Shown here: one piece after another, positions 49,893-64,000 of the stretch | How the letters are laid out: the number at the start of each line of letters is the position of its first letter | How positions within the stretch are numbered: position 1 is the first letter of the stretch | Assembly: GCF_009914755.1 (NCBI RefSeq) | Contig: NC_060930.1 | Reading direction: 5' to 3' (one strand) | DNA: 64,000 nt | Source: the human T2T-CHM13v2.0 reference genome, Homo sapiens | Position numbers and translations under genes: made by a program | The notes under the pieces: generated by a model | Told to the model about the DNA's origin: nothing | The model's input: only the letters and a program-made list of their open reading frames with translations | The model's database searches: none

Positions 49893-51305
49893 TTTGCCAG
49901 AAGAAGATCCTGATTGTATGGGGAACTAAAGCTTACACAATTTTTTGCCTCTATTTTAAAAATGCAATAAAAACATAAATAGGCCAGGCACAGTGGCTCA
50001 TGCCTGTAATCCCAGCACCTTGGGAGAACTAGGTAGGAAGACTGAGGCCAGGAGTTAAAGGCCAGCCTTGCCAACACAGCAAGATCCAGTGTCTACAAAA
50101 AATAATTTCAAAAAAATTAGCTGGGTGTGGTGTCTTGCTTCTGTAGTCCCAGCTATAGGAGAGGCTGAGGTGAGAGAATTGCTTCAGCCCAGGTGTGTGA
50201 GGCTGCAGTGAGCTATGATCACACACTGCACTTCAGCCTGGATGACAGAGTAAGGCCCTGTCTCTAAACAAAATAAAAACTAAACACAAAAATGTATGAA
50301 TATAAAACCAGCATAAAGAAACATTACAAATTCAAAACTTAAAAAGCTGACAAAACCTAAAAATATAACATTATCTTATTACTTAATTGCATAACACATC
50401 TCTCTATTTCTTCCTACACATTCTGACTGTATACTCTTTGACTGCCTCTTCGTATGACATTAATTTTGTAACATTTTCTACAGAACCGGTAGAAAGAAAA
50501 TTCAGTCATTCTTCTAGCACAGTTCATTGAAGTTTGCTTTTCATTATTGATAGTGGGGATGTATAAGACATGTGACTTCACTTACAGATATACTTGCTAT
50601 TTATAGTACTCTTCAGGCTTATGACTTACAAACATGGAATTCTGATAAATTCTATTTCATGTGATTGCCATAAAGTAGGAAAAAATATATAGTGCATGTA
50701 TAATTTTATACACTGCATCATAGAGTGTATTCCAGAGAGAACTTCTTTTTTGACTAGGCACCCATAAGAATCAAATACTCAGCTTACATTTTTCTACATT
50801 TGGTGATTGGAAGACTTTTCCACAAGAAACCTTCCGGCTCCATGCATTTCAAACCTTCTCTTCCACCACCCATGTATTTCTGGTTCCAGGAGGGGGACAT
50901 GTATACCTTAACTGATCCCTGACCCTGCCCAAAGTGTCAGCAGAGCAGGCAAAAGGAGGATTCCTAGCAGCCATTCCTAAACCAGAATGGCCAGCGATAA
51001 CCTAGCAATATACAGAAGTGACTGCCTACCACATAAATATATTCTACCGAATTTAAACTAAATGTTTTCCCAATGTAACTTCCCCTAACCTGGATCTCCA
51101 AAATTCCCACGGTCACCTATCACCACCTAACACTAAAAGAAACAGAGAGTTTTCTAGTTAGTTTTGGTTAGAATATCTTATTTTTGCTAATTTTGCACTG
51201 ACCACACAAATACATTGCTAGGGCCCTTTCCAGGGCCTTGGGAAGAGCCAATGCATGTGAAGGCCCTAAAGATTAAGCTTCGTTACCTTCATGGAAATGC
51301 TTTCT
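49893..51305. mobile_element. hAT-Tip100 DNA transposon (Zaphod/MER115-like), with AluJ at 49982-50290
   Basis: aagcttacacaattttt near the start; agggccttgggaagagcc...gtgaaggccctaaagattaagcttcgttaccttcatgg near the end. Confidence 0.6.
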
Positions 51306-51521
51306 TTCTGCTTTTTAGGCAAAGGGACTTTATTCCACATGTGAGACAGAACACAAGCAAGGGCTCTGAAGAAGCGTAAATATATAGAGAACTGATGGGA
51401 CCCTTGTCTGTAAGGCTCCTAAAGATCTGACTCCGGAGGACGTTAGAAAGCAGGCAGAGAAAGGGCAACGGGTGAGGGGTGAGAGCTTTTGCCAGGAAAG
51501 AGTCAAAATGAAAGTAGTTCA

Positions 51522-51830
<309 letters not shown>

Positions 51831-52316
51831 TAAAAGTAGTTTAAAATATGAGTTTCAGTGAATGCCTACTGAGCCTTAGGTATTTGCAAAGGCCTAAAGG
51901 AAAACATATAGATTTCAGCAAGAGGCAAAACTCAATATGGCAAAAGAACCATAATAGGTGTTAGTTATCTATTATGATAATTATCTAGATAATAAGATTA
52001 GGGAAGTCCCATCTTCTGAGAATATGCTGTTTAAGGTGGACTATGGATCTAAAGACCATTCTATTGAAACACCCTGACAGTGTTGCACTAGAGAACAATC
52101 TGTGAGGACTCAAATACAGGAGTGATATGAAAAAATAATTGTAAATGGTGGTCCTGTCAGGACACCAACTCCACCGGAATTTTAAATCAACATCTTGACT
52201 TGTCCTAGGAAGTCAAGATGTGAATGACAGAGGCCAGAGAGAAATCCTGCTCTCATAGCCAGTTCAGTTCGCATTCATTAATGTCTCCCAACCATCATCA
52301 AGAATATTCCAGCTTG

Positions 52317-52623
52317 GGCTGGGCACGGTGGCTCACGCCTGTAATCCCAGCACTTTGGGAGGCCAAGGCAGGCAGATTACAAGGTCAGGAGTTCGAGACC
52401 AGCCTGACCAACATGGTGAAACCCTGTCTGTACTGAAAATACAAAAACTAACTGGGCATGGTGGTGCGTGCCTGTAATCCCACCTACTCAGGAGGCTGAA
52501 GAAGGAGAATCGCTTGAACCCAGAAGGCAGAGGTTGCAGTGAGCCAAGATCATGCACTGCACTCCAGCCTGGGTGACAGAGCGAGACTCTGTCTCAAAAA
52601 AAAAAAAAAATACAACAACAAAA
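52317..52623 (+). mobile_element. AluS
   Basis: TSD aagaatat(t/c)ccagcttg. Confidence 0.95.
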
Positions 52624-52639
52624 AAGAATATCCCAGCTT

Positions 52640-52790
52640 GAAAAGAGCTAATGCATGCTGGGCTTAATACCTAAGCGATGGGTTAACAGATGCAGCAGAC
52701 CATAATGGCACATGTTTACCTATGTAACAAACCTGCACATCCTGCACATGTACCCCAAAACTTAAAAAATGAAATAAAAAAATAAAAAAA
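52640..52790 (+). mobile_element. Extreme 3' end of an L1PA13-16-type LINE
   Basis: agctaatgcatgctgggcttaatacc...gtaacaaacctgcacatcctgcacatgtacccc plus A tail. Confidence 0.9.
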
Positions 52791-53321
52791 GAATATTCAG
52801 CTTTTCTGATGGACCATTGCATTGTTTCCTGAGGGTTACTAGACAGCGACCAAAGGAGAAACAGGATTAGCCAAAGAGTGCCTAGTTACAACAGGCAAAG
52901 GGGAGAGAAATAAGAAATTATCCACAAACAAAGGAAAGAATTAACCAGAATAGTTGGCTGTAAAGGCCTTCTAATGAGAAGGAGAGAGCAGCAAGGGCCT
53001 AGATTCAGGTTCTTTTGAATATTGAAAGAGAGATGGGCATATTTTGTGCCCTAAGTCAGTGAGGCAGAATATATTAATTTTATGTGTTGGCCAATATGCT
53101 TGGATTTTAAATTGCTTACTTATTTATTCAGTAGCTATTGACTGAGTATCTATGTGCGCATGTCTATAAGCACTATTGTTGGTGAGGGAGAAAGCAATGT
53201 TCAAGACAGACAAGGTTCCTGTTTCCATAGAGCTCACATTTCCGTCAGAAAAAGAAGGGAAATAAAAAATGTTAAAGCATAATAATTTCAAATACTAAGT
53301 TGCTATAAAACTATAAAAGGG

Positions 53322-53630
53322 GGCCGGGTGTGGTGGTTCACACCTGTAACCCCAGCACTTTGGGAGGCTGAGACAGGCAGTGGATCACCTGAGGTCAGGA
53401 GTTGGAGACCAGCCTGGCCAACATGGTGAAACCCCGTCTCTACTAAACATACAAAAATGAGCCGGGGATGGTGGCACGCCCCTGTAATCCCAGCTACTTA
53501 GGAGGCTAAGGCAGGAGAATCGCTGGAACCTGGGAGTCAGAGGCTGTAGCGAGCCGAGATCGTGACACAATACTCCAGCCTGGGCAACAGAGCCATCTCA
53601 AAAAATAAATTAATTAATTTAATTTAATTA
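53322..53630 (+). mobile_element. AluS
   Basis: TSD taaaactataaaa. Confidence 0.95.
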
Positions 53631-54047
53631 AACTATAAAAGAGGTAATCAAATAGAGTTTGTGCCACGGGAGGAAAGGACTCAGCTATTTCCCCTTGGAT
53701 GATCAGAAAAGGTCTCCGTGAGAATAGGATGAATGAGCTGAAAGATAGGAAAGAGTCAGCCATCCAAACGTTTGAAGTAAAGCATGTTTGACAGAGAGAG
53801 CAGCAAGGACAAGGGCCCTGAAGCTGGAGGATCAGAAAGAAGAACAGGGGGGCCAAGTAGAGTGTAGAGAGTGCAAGGGAAGGAGTGCTCATGGGATGAG
53901 GGTGCAGAGGGTAGGCAGGGGCCATCAGGTGATTTACAACCTGGTAGCCATGGTAAAGAATTTGGGTTTCCCACTTTTCATCTAGGGACTTAAAAAAAAA
54001 ATCTGGATTTTAGTCTAAGTGCAATGGGGAACCACTGCACGTTCTGA

Positions 54048-54990
<943 letters not shown>

Positions 54991-55112
54991 AAGTGATTCT
55001 GACTATTGGGAATGGACTATAGAGGTCAAGAGTGGACACAAGGCAACAGTAATATAGTGGAAGCCACTGAAGTCATCCAGTCAAGACATGATAGTGTTGT
55101 GGCCTAGGGTGG

Positions 55113-55510
55113 TGTAGTAGGGTGGTTGCATGAATGGCCCCAATTCATGGCCTTCTGGTATCCAAACCCTTTGGTCTATAATTTATAGTTCCCTTCCATT
55201 CTGACTCTGGGCTTTGAGCAATGTAATACAGGTACAAGTGGGGGTGTGCAAAGGGCCTGTGCATTAGGGATCAATCTCTTGCAAATGACTCCAGCTTGCT
55301 CTTGAAGTTCGGCTATGCCAAGAGAACAGGCCCAGGCTAGCTGCCTGCTGGAGGAGGAGAGACCACATGGAGCAGAGCTGAGTCATCCCAGCTGAGGCAT
55401 CCTAGAACAGCCAGCCTCTAAGCAACTCTCTAGGTGAGTGTGGATGCATGAGCAAGCCCAGCCAAGACCAACGTAGAGTGCTTGTTACTCAGCTTTAGAC
55501 AACTGATATA
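55113..55510 (+). mobile_element. MLT1F/H-type LTR fragment
   Basis: tgtagtagggtggttgcatgaatggccccaattc...cattctgactctgggc. Confidence 0.65.
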
Positions 55511-55647
55511 AATTATAGAAAAGATATGAAGAAAAACTTTGGGTCTGGAATATATTTTGGAATTAGAAGGTGGAACTGCTGACAATTAGGATAGTTATTC
55601 ATCCTCTGGCACATGTAATTCAACATATCAAAATGATTTGAATCTAG

Positions 55648-55977
<330 letters not shown>

Positions 55978-56521
55978 ACAGCACATTTTTAATCACTAGT
56001 ATTTCCATCCATTCTGGAAATCCAGATCAAAGTAAAATCGAGAGTTCCATTTAATTCTGTGATGCTCAACTGTAGTAGTGCAAAGACTTGGAGCAAGCTA
56101 AAACTTTGATAATGGGGTAAATCTCTGGGGACTTGGGAGGGCGGGAACTAAAAAGAGGAGGATTATAGAGGAGGGCACAGCTTCTCTAATTGAGAGAACA
56201 TCATTGTGATGGAAGCACCATTAAAAATTCAATTCATAGAAATTCGGCTATGGTTCCAAGGAAGAGGTGTTGATACAATATTATCCCAAATAAAAGTTAT
56301 TCAAGAAAATAAAGAAATTGAACAAAAGACCTAGAAATTGGCACTTGACTTCATTTGTTGCTCTGAAAGCCCAGGCAAAATTATATTTCTGGATTCAGCC
56401 TGATCAAATCTTCCTGGATCAGTATGTGCCAGCAAAGGAGACTAATATATAGAGGTGGGATTCAAAGTAAGAAATTCCTAGCCCTATTACCAGTTTCTCC
56501 AGGGAAATACTTAGTTTCACC

Positions 56522-57075
56522 TGTGTCTCATATCGAGTTTCCCCAGAAAACACTCAGAGATAGATGTGTGCTTGCAAGAAGTTTATTGAAACATGCTCTC
56601 AGGAACAACATCCCTTGAACTGAAATCTCAGAAAACACCACTAAAGAACTTATCCATGTAACCAAAAACCACCAGAACCCCCAAAACTACTGAAATAAAA
56701 AATTTTTAAAAAAGAAACAGCACCCTTGGGAAAGGAAAGAAAGCCAGATTGGGCAGCGGAGAAATTGCACTTGTATTGAGGTTGTAATAAAGCCTTCAGT
56801 CAATCTCAGGGAAAGGCTTGAAGCTTAGATGGTCCTTCTAAGATGCCCTCACTGAGGCAAGGGGTCTTGTACTCACTCCAAAACAACAAGGCAGCAGATA
56901 CAGGCTGACTTTGGAGAGAAGAGTAATCTTGGTGAGATGGCTCCCTTCTGCCAAGAGCAATAACGGAGGAAACACTCAGGTATAATCCCTTAGCAGGCAA
57001 CACTCCCAGCAGCTGGAGAACACATGCTTTGGTCCTGGAGGGCGAATCTAGGAGCTAACAACAGTGTCCACTACA
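56522..57075 (-). mobile_element. Old ERVL LTR (LTR16/33-like) with an L1PB/MA 3'-end insert at 56618-56712
   Basis: gtttccccagaaaacactcagagatag...agtttattg; insert caccactaaagaacttatccatgtaaccaaaaaccacc flanked by aacaacatcccttg / aacagcacccttg. Confidence 0.6.
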
Positions 57076-58021
57076 ATCCATCAAGCAAGGACACTCATGT
57101 TTTCATCCCACCTCACTGAGAGGGAAGATACAGAAATTCACTCAGGGGGGACCATTAACAATGCCTTTCCATGACCTTGATGAGGTCACTGTCATGCCAC
57201 AATGAGTTGAGAAACTGAGAGATGAGGAAGCAAAGGCAGAAAATATAAGCTTAGTTATGGGGGAGGGGGTGGAGAGAAGGAGAAAAGCTGGCAGTGACTG
57301 CAGAAGAAAGAAGAGAAGCAGAGAAAATTTTTATTGTTATTTTTTGAATGTTGGAGAGATTTGATCATGTTAATGGAATGAGGGAAGAGTTAAATAAAAG
57401 TACTGAAAATACAGAAGAGAAAAAATAATTGAGAAAACAAGTGTCAAAAAAACAGAGACAATTTAGAATGGAAAATTCCTGTAGAGATGAGCTTTCTGAG
57501 AGGAAAGAGGAGAGATGGCTGCAGAGACTCTGGAGAGAGAAAAGGTGAAGGAATTCAGGGTGGCCAGGTAGTGGGCTTTATTATTCTCATGGAAGCAGGG
57601 GTCTAAGTCTTCTGCTAAAAGTGACAGGCTCAGGGTAGATTCAGGATTTGAGGTAAGGAATGATATTCTGAAGTTGTTGCCTTGGGAAATGGGTAAGTTT
57701 GTTGGACAACAATGAGAAAACCAGAGAGGCTAGAAATTATATGATGGTCATGGAGACAGTCCGGACTCAGTTTTTGGCTTAGGTTTTGCTTTTGACTGGG
57801 ATTTTTTCCCCGCTGTGGCATATTTCACCTCAGGGACAGGAATGGAAGACATGTGCCGATGCTGGATTGGCTGATGTGGTAGCATCACAGGGAAGAGAAA
57901 ACTATGGGTGGTGACGAGCACTTGCTTAAAATAACTGAAGACAGCTAAGAAGGAAAGCCCGGCCAGGAGTGGGGTTTGTCAACTTGGATAACTGGCTGGG
58001 ACCAGGATAAGGAGAGGTTTA

Positions 58022-58342
<321 letters not shown>

Positions 58343-59676
58343 TCAGCACTTTGGTATGGTGGCCAGACAGGCGGTGCTGCTGAAGTGAAGTGAAGGTAAC
58401 CCCCCTCGCCCATCAGGAATTTTATCTCCAGCCTTGTCAACAAACAATCATCTTGGGCTTTAAATCTTCCTGGTCTTGGTGCCTAAAAAGCCAGTAGCCA
58501 CCTAGCTCATCAGGCCTGTACCTGAGAGTCACACCTCTATTACCCTCTGACTCTCAGATCTCAGTGATCCTTTGATCTCTCCTTCATGTTGCACCCCAAT
58601 ATTCTCCGTTGTCAGAACCATGAGAAGATGACTTATCATACCTTTGTAGATTGTGATGGAAAACCATGGCTTCCTAGTAAAGTGCCACTGGGAAGACTAG
58701 CCTTTCCTCTGCAGGATTTTCTTCCATCTCCTCTCAAAACCAGAACCTTTCTTCCCAGGTGCAGGACAAGGAAAAAATGCTCGATGGCAGAATTGATTTT
58801 ATACCAACACAAAAGTTGTGTGTGTTGAATAAGTGCTTTCCATATGGAATGTGCCCATATGCAACAACGAGTTTGTGTTTAAATAAACTTAGAGACACAG
58901 ATATACAATAACAAGACATATGTTTCATACTGCATATAGGCATATACATAAATACCCTATTAAGAATTCATTTGAGGTGGTGAAATACTTCTGTTCTATG
59001 GGATTGCATCAGACTCAAAGTAATCTTTATTTAAATGATATGAAACAAGGTAACATGAGAACTGCTGTGGTTTTTTTGGACACAGCAGTAGAAACCAGAG
59101 ATGGACAAGGTCATTTAGGTCATTCGGCACCTTAAGTTTCTTGGCAGAGAGGTTCTGCCCAATGCCCTATGCTCACTTACACCTTCCCCAGGTGGGTTTT
59201 GACACAAGAAATCAGGCTGCCGACACTTCTTCACTGTTAGTTAGATTTAAAATGCCTCCAAGAAAAGAGAAAGAGGGAGCACACTTCCTTGTAAGGAAGT
59301 TTTGGACCAAATGACCCCAACAACCAGCTCACCATTGACCTAAAAACCACAAGCCATCATGAAGGCCTCCCCACTTGCCTTAAAGACCAATAAAGAGAGC
59401 ATCCCAGGCCTCATAAAAGAGTAGGTAGTTCAACAAGGAGATGCCATAAATAAGTAATTCACTCCAGGTCCAATTTCTTTTGTTGAGTTTAAGTGTTCAA
59501 ATACCACCTTGTTTTATTAATGCGGGTATCTCATTTCTATTCTCAGTTTCAAACCCAATGGAATCAAAAAACAAAACACAAAAAAACTCTGCATCTGTGA
59601 ATAGGCCAAAATCCATCAATTTCCCCAATCTCCCCAAAAGTTTATTAATTCAAAATATTAAAGAAAAAGGTTCTCA

Positions 59677-60009
<333 letters not shown>

Positions 60010-60637
60010 CTAATTTGATTATTTAGGATACACACCTTCCTAGCCTATCTTATTGTTGCTGCTTTGTATTGTCTTATTATGGGAAACCGTATCTGGTTGT
60101 ATGTAAAGTAGACTCTACCAATCTACGTGATCCACTCTAAGGGAAAATTGACTCTCATCCTTAAGGATGGATCATTCAAATGAGCCCCAGATATGCCTGA
60201 GTGATGATAGAGGGGCTCAAGGAGAATGCCTGTTCAAAAGTGAATACCAAGGTTGAATTTAGTTAGCAAATACCAAGGTTGAACTTAGTTAGCTGGAAGA
60301 GAGTCGTGGAGGCGCAAACTGGAAGGAATATTAGAGATGGTCTAGTCCAATCTCCTGCTAAAGGCAAGTAAACTGAGGTCTTGGCCACTCAGACTGCTCC
60401 AGCACCAGCATAAACTAGTGGCAAAGACAAGAATAAAACCCAGTCCCCCTGGCCCCAAGGCCAACACTTTACAACCTGATGTTCTTAAACAGAAGCCCCC
60501 AACCCTAGGGGATATACATTTACGTGCCAGAAAATACTCCAAGCCGTAGCAGAAATATGCCACTTTTTCCTAAATCTTGAATATTATCTCAAGGTGAGGA
60601 CGTTAAACAAATGCTTTATTAAAAACTAGACATGTTA

Positions 60638-60960
60638 GACCAGGCTCAGGGACTCATGCCTTTAATCCCAGCATTTTGGGAGGCTGAGGTGGGAGGATTA
60701 CTTGGGGCCAGGAGTTTGAGACCAGTCTGGGCAACAAAGCAAGGCCCTTTCTCTTCAAACTAATAACAAATAAAGCCAGCTGGGCCTTTAGTTCTAGCTA
60801 CTTGGAAGCCTGTGGTAGAAGGATTGCTTTAGCTTAGGAGTTTGAGGCTGCAGTGACCTATAATCTTGCCACTGCATTCTAGTCTGGGTGACAGAGCAAG
60901 ACTATTTCAAAAAAAAAAAAAAGAAAGAAAGAAAGAAAGAAGAAGAGGAGGAGGAAATAA
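60638..60960 (+). mobile_element. AluJ
   Basis: Diverged sense Alu; TSD aaatgc(t/a)ttatta. Confidence 0.85.
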
Positions 60961-61488
60961 AAATGCATTTATTATTCATTATTGCAGAAGAAAACCAAAT
61001 TCACATGACTTTTTAAAGAGAACACAAATCTCACTGGAAGTTTATGCTTGGGGTAGCCAGCTTCGATGCTCCAGGTACGGTATGTGCTGCTGTGTGTTCA
61101 CTTCACTGCCAAGGGCACATCATAGACCAGTTTGACAAGCACAGCTTTACCCCATGCTGCCTCCAATGCCCAAGAAATCCCTTCGAGGATCACTTCGGCT
61201 AATTTCTTTTTGACCTGACCCTTTTCTCTTGCCTATCCCTACATAAGTAAGTACAAGTGATTCAAACTCATATGTACTGGAATGTACTTTGTTTCCTCCT
61301 TCTTGCACAGAGGGGAGAAATGGTCTCAATGTCTTAACACGTGAAATTTGAATCATATTTATGCCTTCTCTGCCCTATTCTTTTTGGACAATAGGCTCAT
61401 TATAGCAATACTAACTTTTTCAGTTTAATAATACTAAACCTGAAAAGGAATAATGTAGGTATTTTTTAAGAAAACTCTTTTCACTTAA

Positions 61489-62180
<692 letters not shown>

Positions 62181-62547
62181 ACATAGTGCTTTTTCTTAGT
62201 TTGCATAACAAAGATGTTACCAAATTTCATATTTACAGTCTCAATTTACTATCACTCCCATATTTTAAAGAGGAAATACAGGCCCCTACAACCCTTAATT
62301 TACCCCCTGTCCTGCAAAAGGAGATGCTCTTAGAGTTTAGTAAAAGCACCCGTGGTATGAGGCATGTGCTTCTGAAAGTATAAACCGAGTGTTTAAACAC
62401 TTTTTATGCCCTTTGCCAAATCTCTTTAGATTTTGTCAGAACAGCTAGAATTATTTAGATAATTCTGATTGCATTTCTGTCCAGAGAAACAGGCTACAAA
62501 AATTGATCTGTAAAGTTCCTTTTCACTAGTTAATTTGTGATGCACTA

Positions 62548-62895
62548 TACTGGTGGCTCCAATTCTTCACCTTTCTTCTCACCATGCATTTATCTACACG
62601 ACCTCACAGCCCTTCTTGTCAAATGGCAGAACATACTTCCTTATCGTTGATTAGGAATTTAGTCATGTGACTTGCTTTGGCGAATGAGATCTTAACAGAT
62701 GAGCAGAGGCTTAAAAGGTGCTTGCATCTATCTGCTTGCTCTCCTGTGTCTCTGCCATTACCATAAGAAGAATATGCTCAAGCTAGCCTGCTGGACCTAG
62801 GAGCAGGATGAAAGACAGATGCAGCAGAGCTACCCCCAGTCAGCCCAAGATAAGTGGGTGTGTACTGCCAAAAGCAGAAGTTGGTTATTTTATGT
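62548..62895 (+). mobile_element. MLT1H-like LTR
   Basis: ggctccaattcttcacc...tcatgtgacttgctttggc...gcagaggcttaaaaggtgcttgc. Confidence 0.65.
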
Positions 62896-62899
62896 AAGA

Positions 62900-63700
62900 A
62901 CTTTGAATGTTTCATTCTACTGCTACTGGCTTCCACTGTTCTATTAAAAAAATCAACTGTTACTCTTATTGTGTTCTCTCTGGCTGCTTGAAATATTGTT
63001 TTCTTTCTCCTTTTTTTCAGCAGTTTCACTGTGATATGTTTAGCTATGGTTTTAGGTTCTGAATGTTTCTTACATCTATGGCTTGATATCTTTTTGGGAT
63101 TTTTAAAATTTATAAAAAAAAATTCTCAGCCATTATCTCTTCATATATTGCTTCTGCCCCATCATCTCTCTCTTCTCCTCTTCAAAGACTTCAATAACAC
63201 ATATGTTGACCTTCTCACTGTATGCTCTATGTCTCTTACACACTTTTTAGTGTTTTCTACTTTTTGTTTATTGCTGTTCCTCTAAGATTCAGAATAGATA
63301 TTATCTTCCACTTATAAATTCTCTTTTCTTCTGAGTCAAATCTGCTAATAAACTCATCCACTGAGTTCTTAATTTCAGCTCTTGTATTTTTTTACTTCTA
63401 AAAATTTTCATGTTTTCCATTCATCTGTCAAAATTCTCATCTGCTTTTTAAAAATTTACTGAACTTTTAAATCTTATTTAACATTCCATTATCTGTAGGT
63501 TTATTTTTTTTTTGATTATTTCTCTTGGGTTTTTGTGTTTTTTTGACCATGTTATGTTGTTTCCTCCAGTGATTGGTTAATTTTTGTCATACATGGCACA
63601 TTAGATGTGAAAAATGGTAAAGATTATTTTAGGTTCTGAATGATGTTACCTTCCTCCAGAGGGTTTTATATTTGCTTGTAACAGGCTAGGCTAAGGCATT
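62900..63700 (-). mobile_element. Old L1ME-like fragment
   Basis: ctggcttccactgttctatt, aattctcagccattatctcttcatatattgcttctgcccc. Confidence 0.7.
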
Positions 63701-64000
63701 AGCAATCCCAAATCACCTTAATCCAATCAAAGATTGAGACTATTCAAAACTGATGTATATTTGGTTTACTCTTTCTTCTAAGATATAGTTCTTTATTCTT
63801 TAGGGTCCCAAACCAAGGCTTAGGGAAGAGTTTCCAGGGTATTCTCCACCCTTGGCAGCCCATAATCTCTATATTTTGTCCTCCAAGGTTTATGAGTTAG
63901 TGGAGAGCTTTTCTCAGATGCTTAGCTGCCTCTTCTGAAACCAACAGCTATTTGCAAAAGAAAGCAGGCACAAATACCAAGCCCAGCTCTCCAAGTTCCC

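Overview
Primate (human-like) non-coding genomic DNA, dominated by interspersed repeats. It holds about 45 Alu copies or fragments and many LTRs: ERV1-type (two LTR12/ERV9, MER41B, MER4E, MER39, LTR8/MER50-like, MER65-like, LOR1-like, MER21) and MaLR-type (MLT1A/A0, THE1, and a complete but heavily interrupted MLT1F-type provirus). It also holds old L1/L2/L3/MIR fragments, DNA transposons (Tigger2, MER30, MER20, MER5A, half a MADE1) and a 7SL retropseudogene. No protein-coding gene, tRNA, rRNA or CRISPR array is supported; the listed ORFs are short or repeat-derived. I found no demonstrably new biological system. The best leads are: (1) an Alu-spacer-Alu cassette inside one target-site duplication (TSD), a possible Alu 3' transduction (25349-26169); (2) a 5'-inverted Alu with a perfect 16-bp TSD (29768-29966); (3) two convergent solo LTR12 promoters flanking a candidate minus-strand TATA promoter with a short first exon and splice donors (22098-28610); (4) four separate template-switch-like scars; (5) insertion sites reused several times; (6) candidate STAT1 (GAS), RFX and SETMAR sites. 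Subfamily names come from recalled consensus sequences and should be confirmed with RepeatMasker/Dfam. Boundaries of old elements are approximate.
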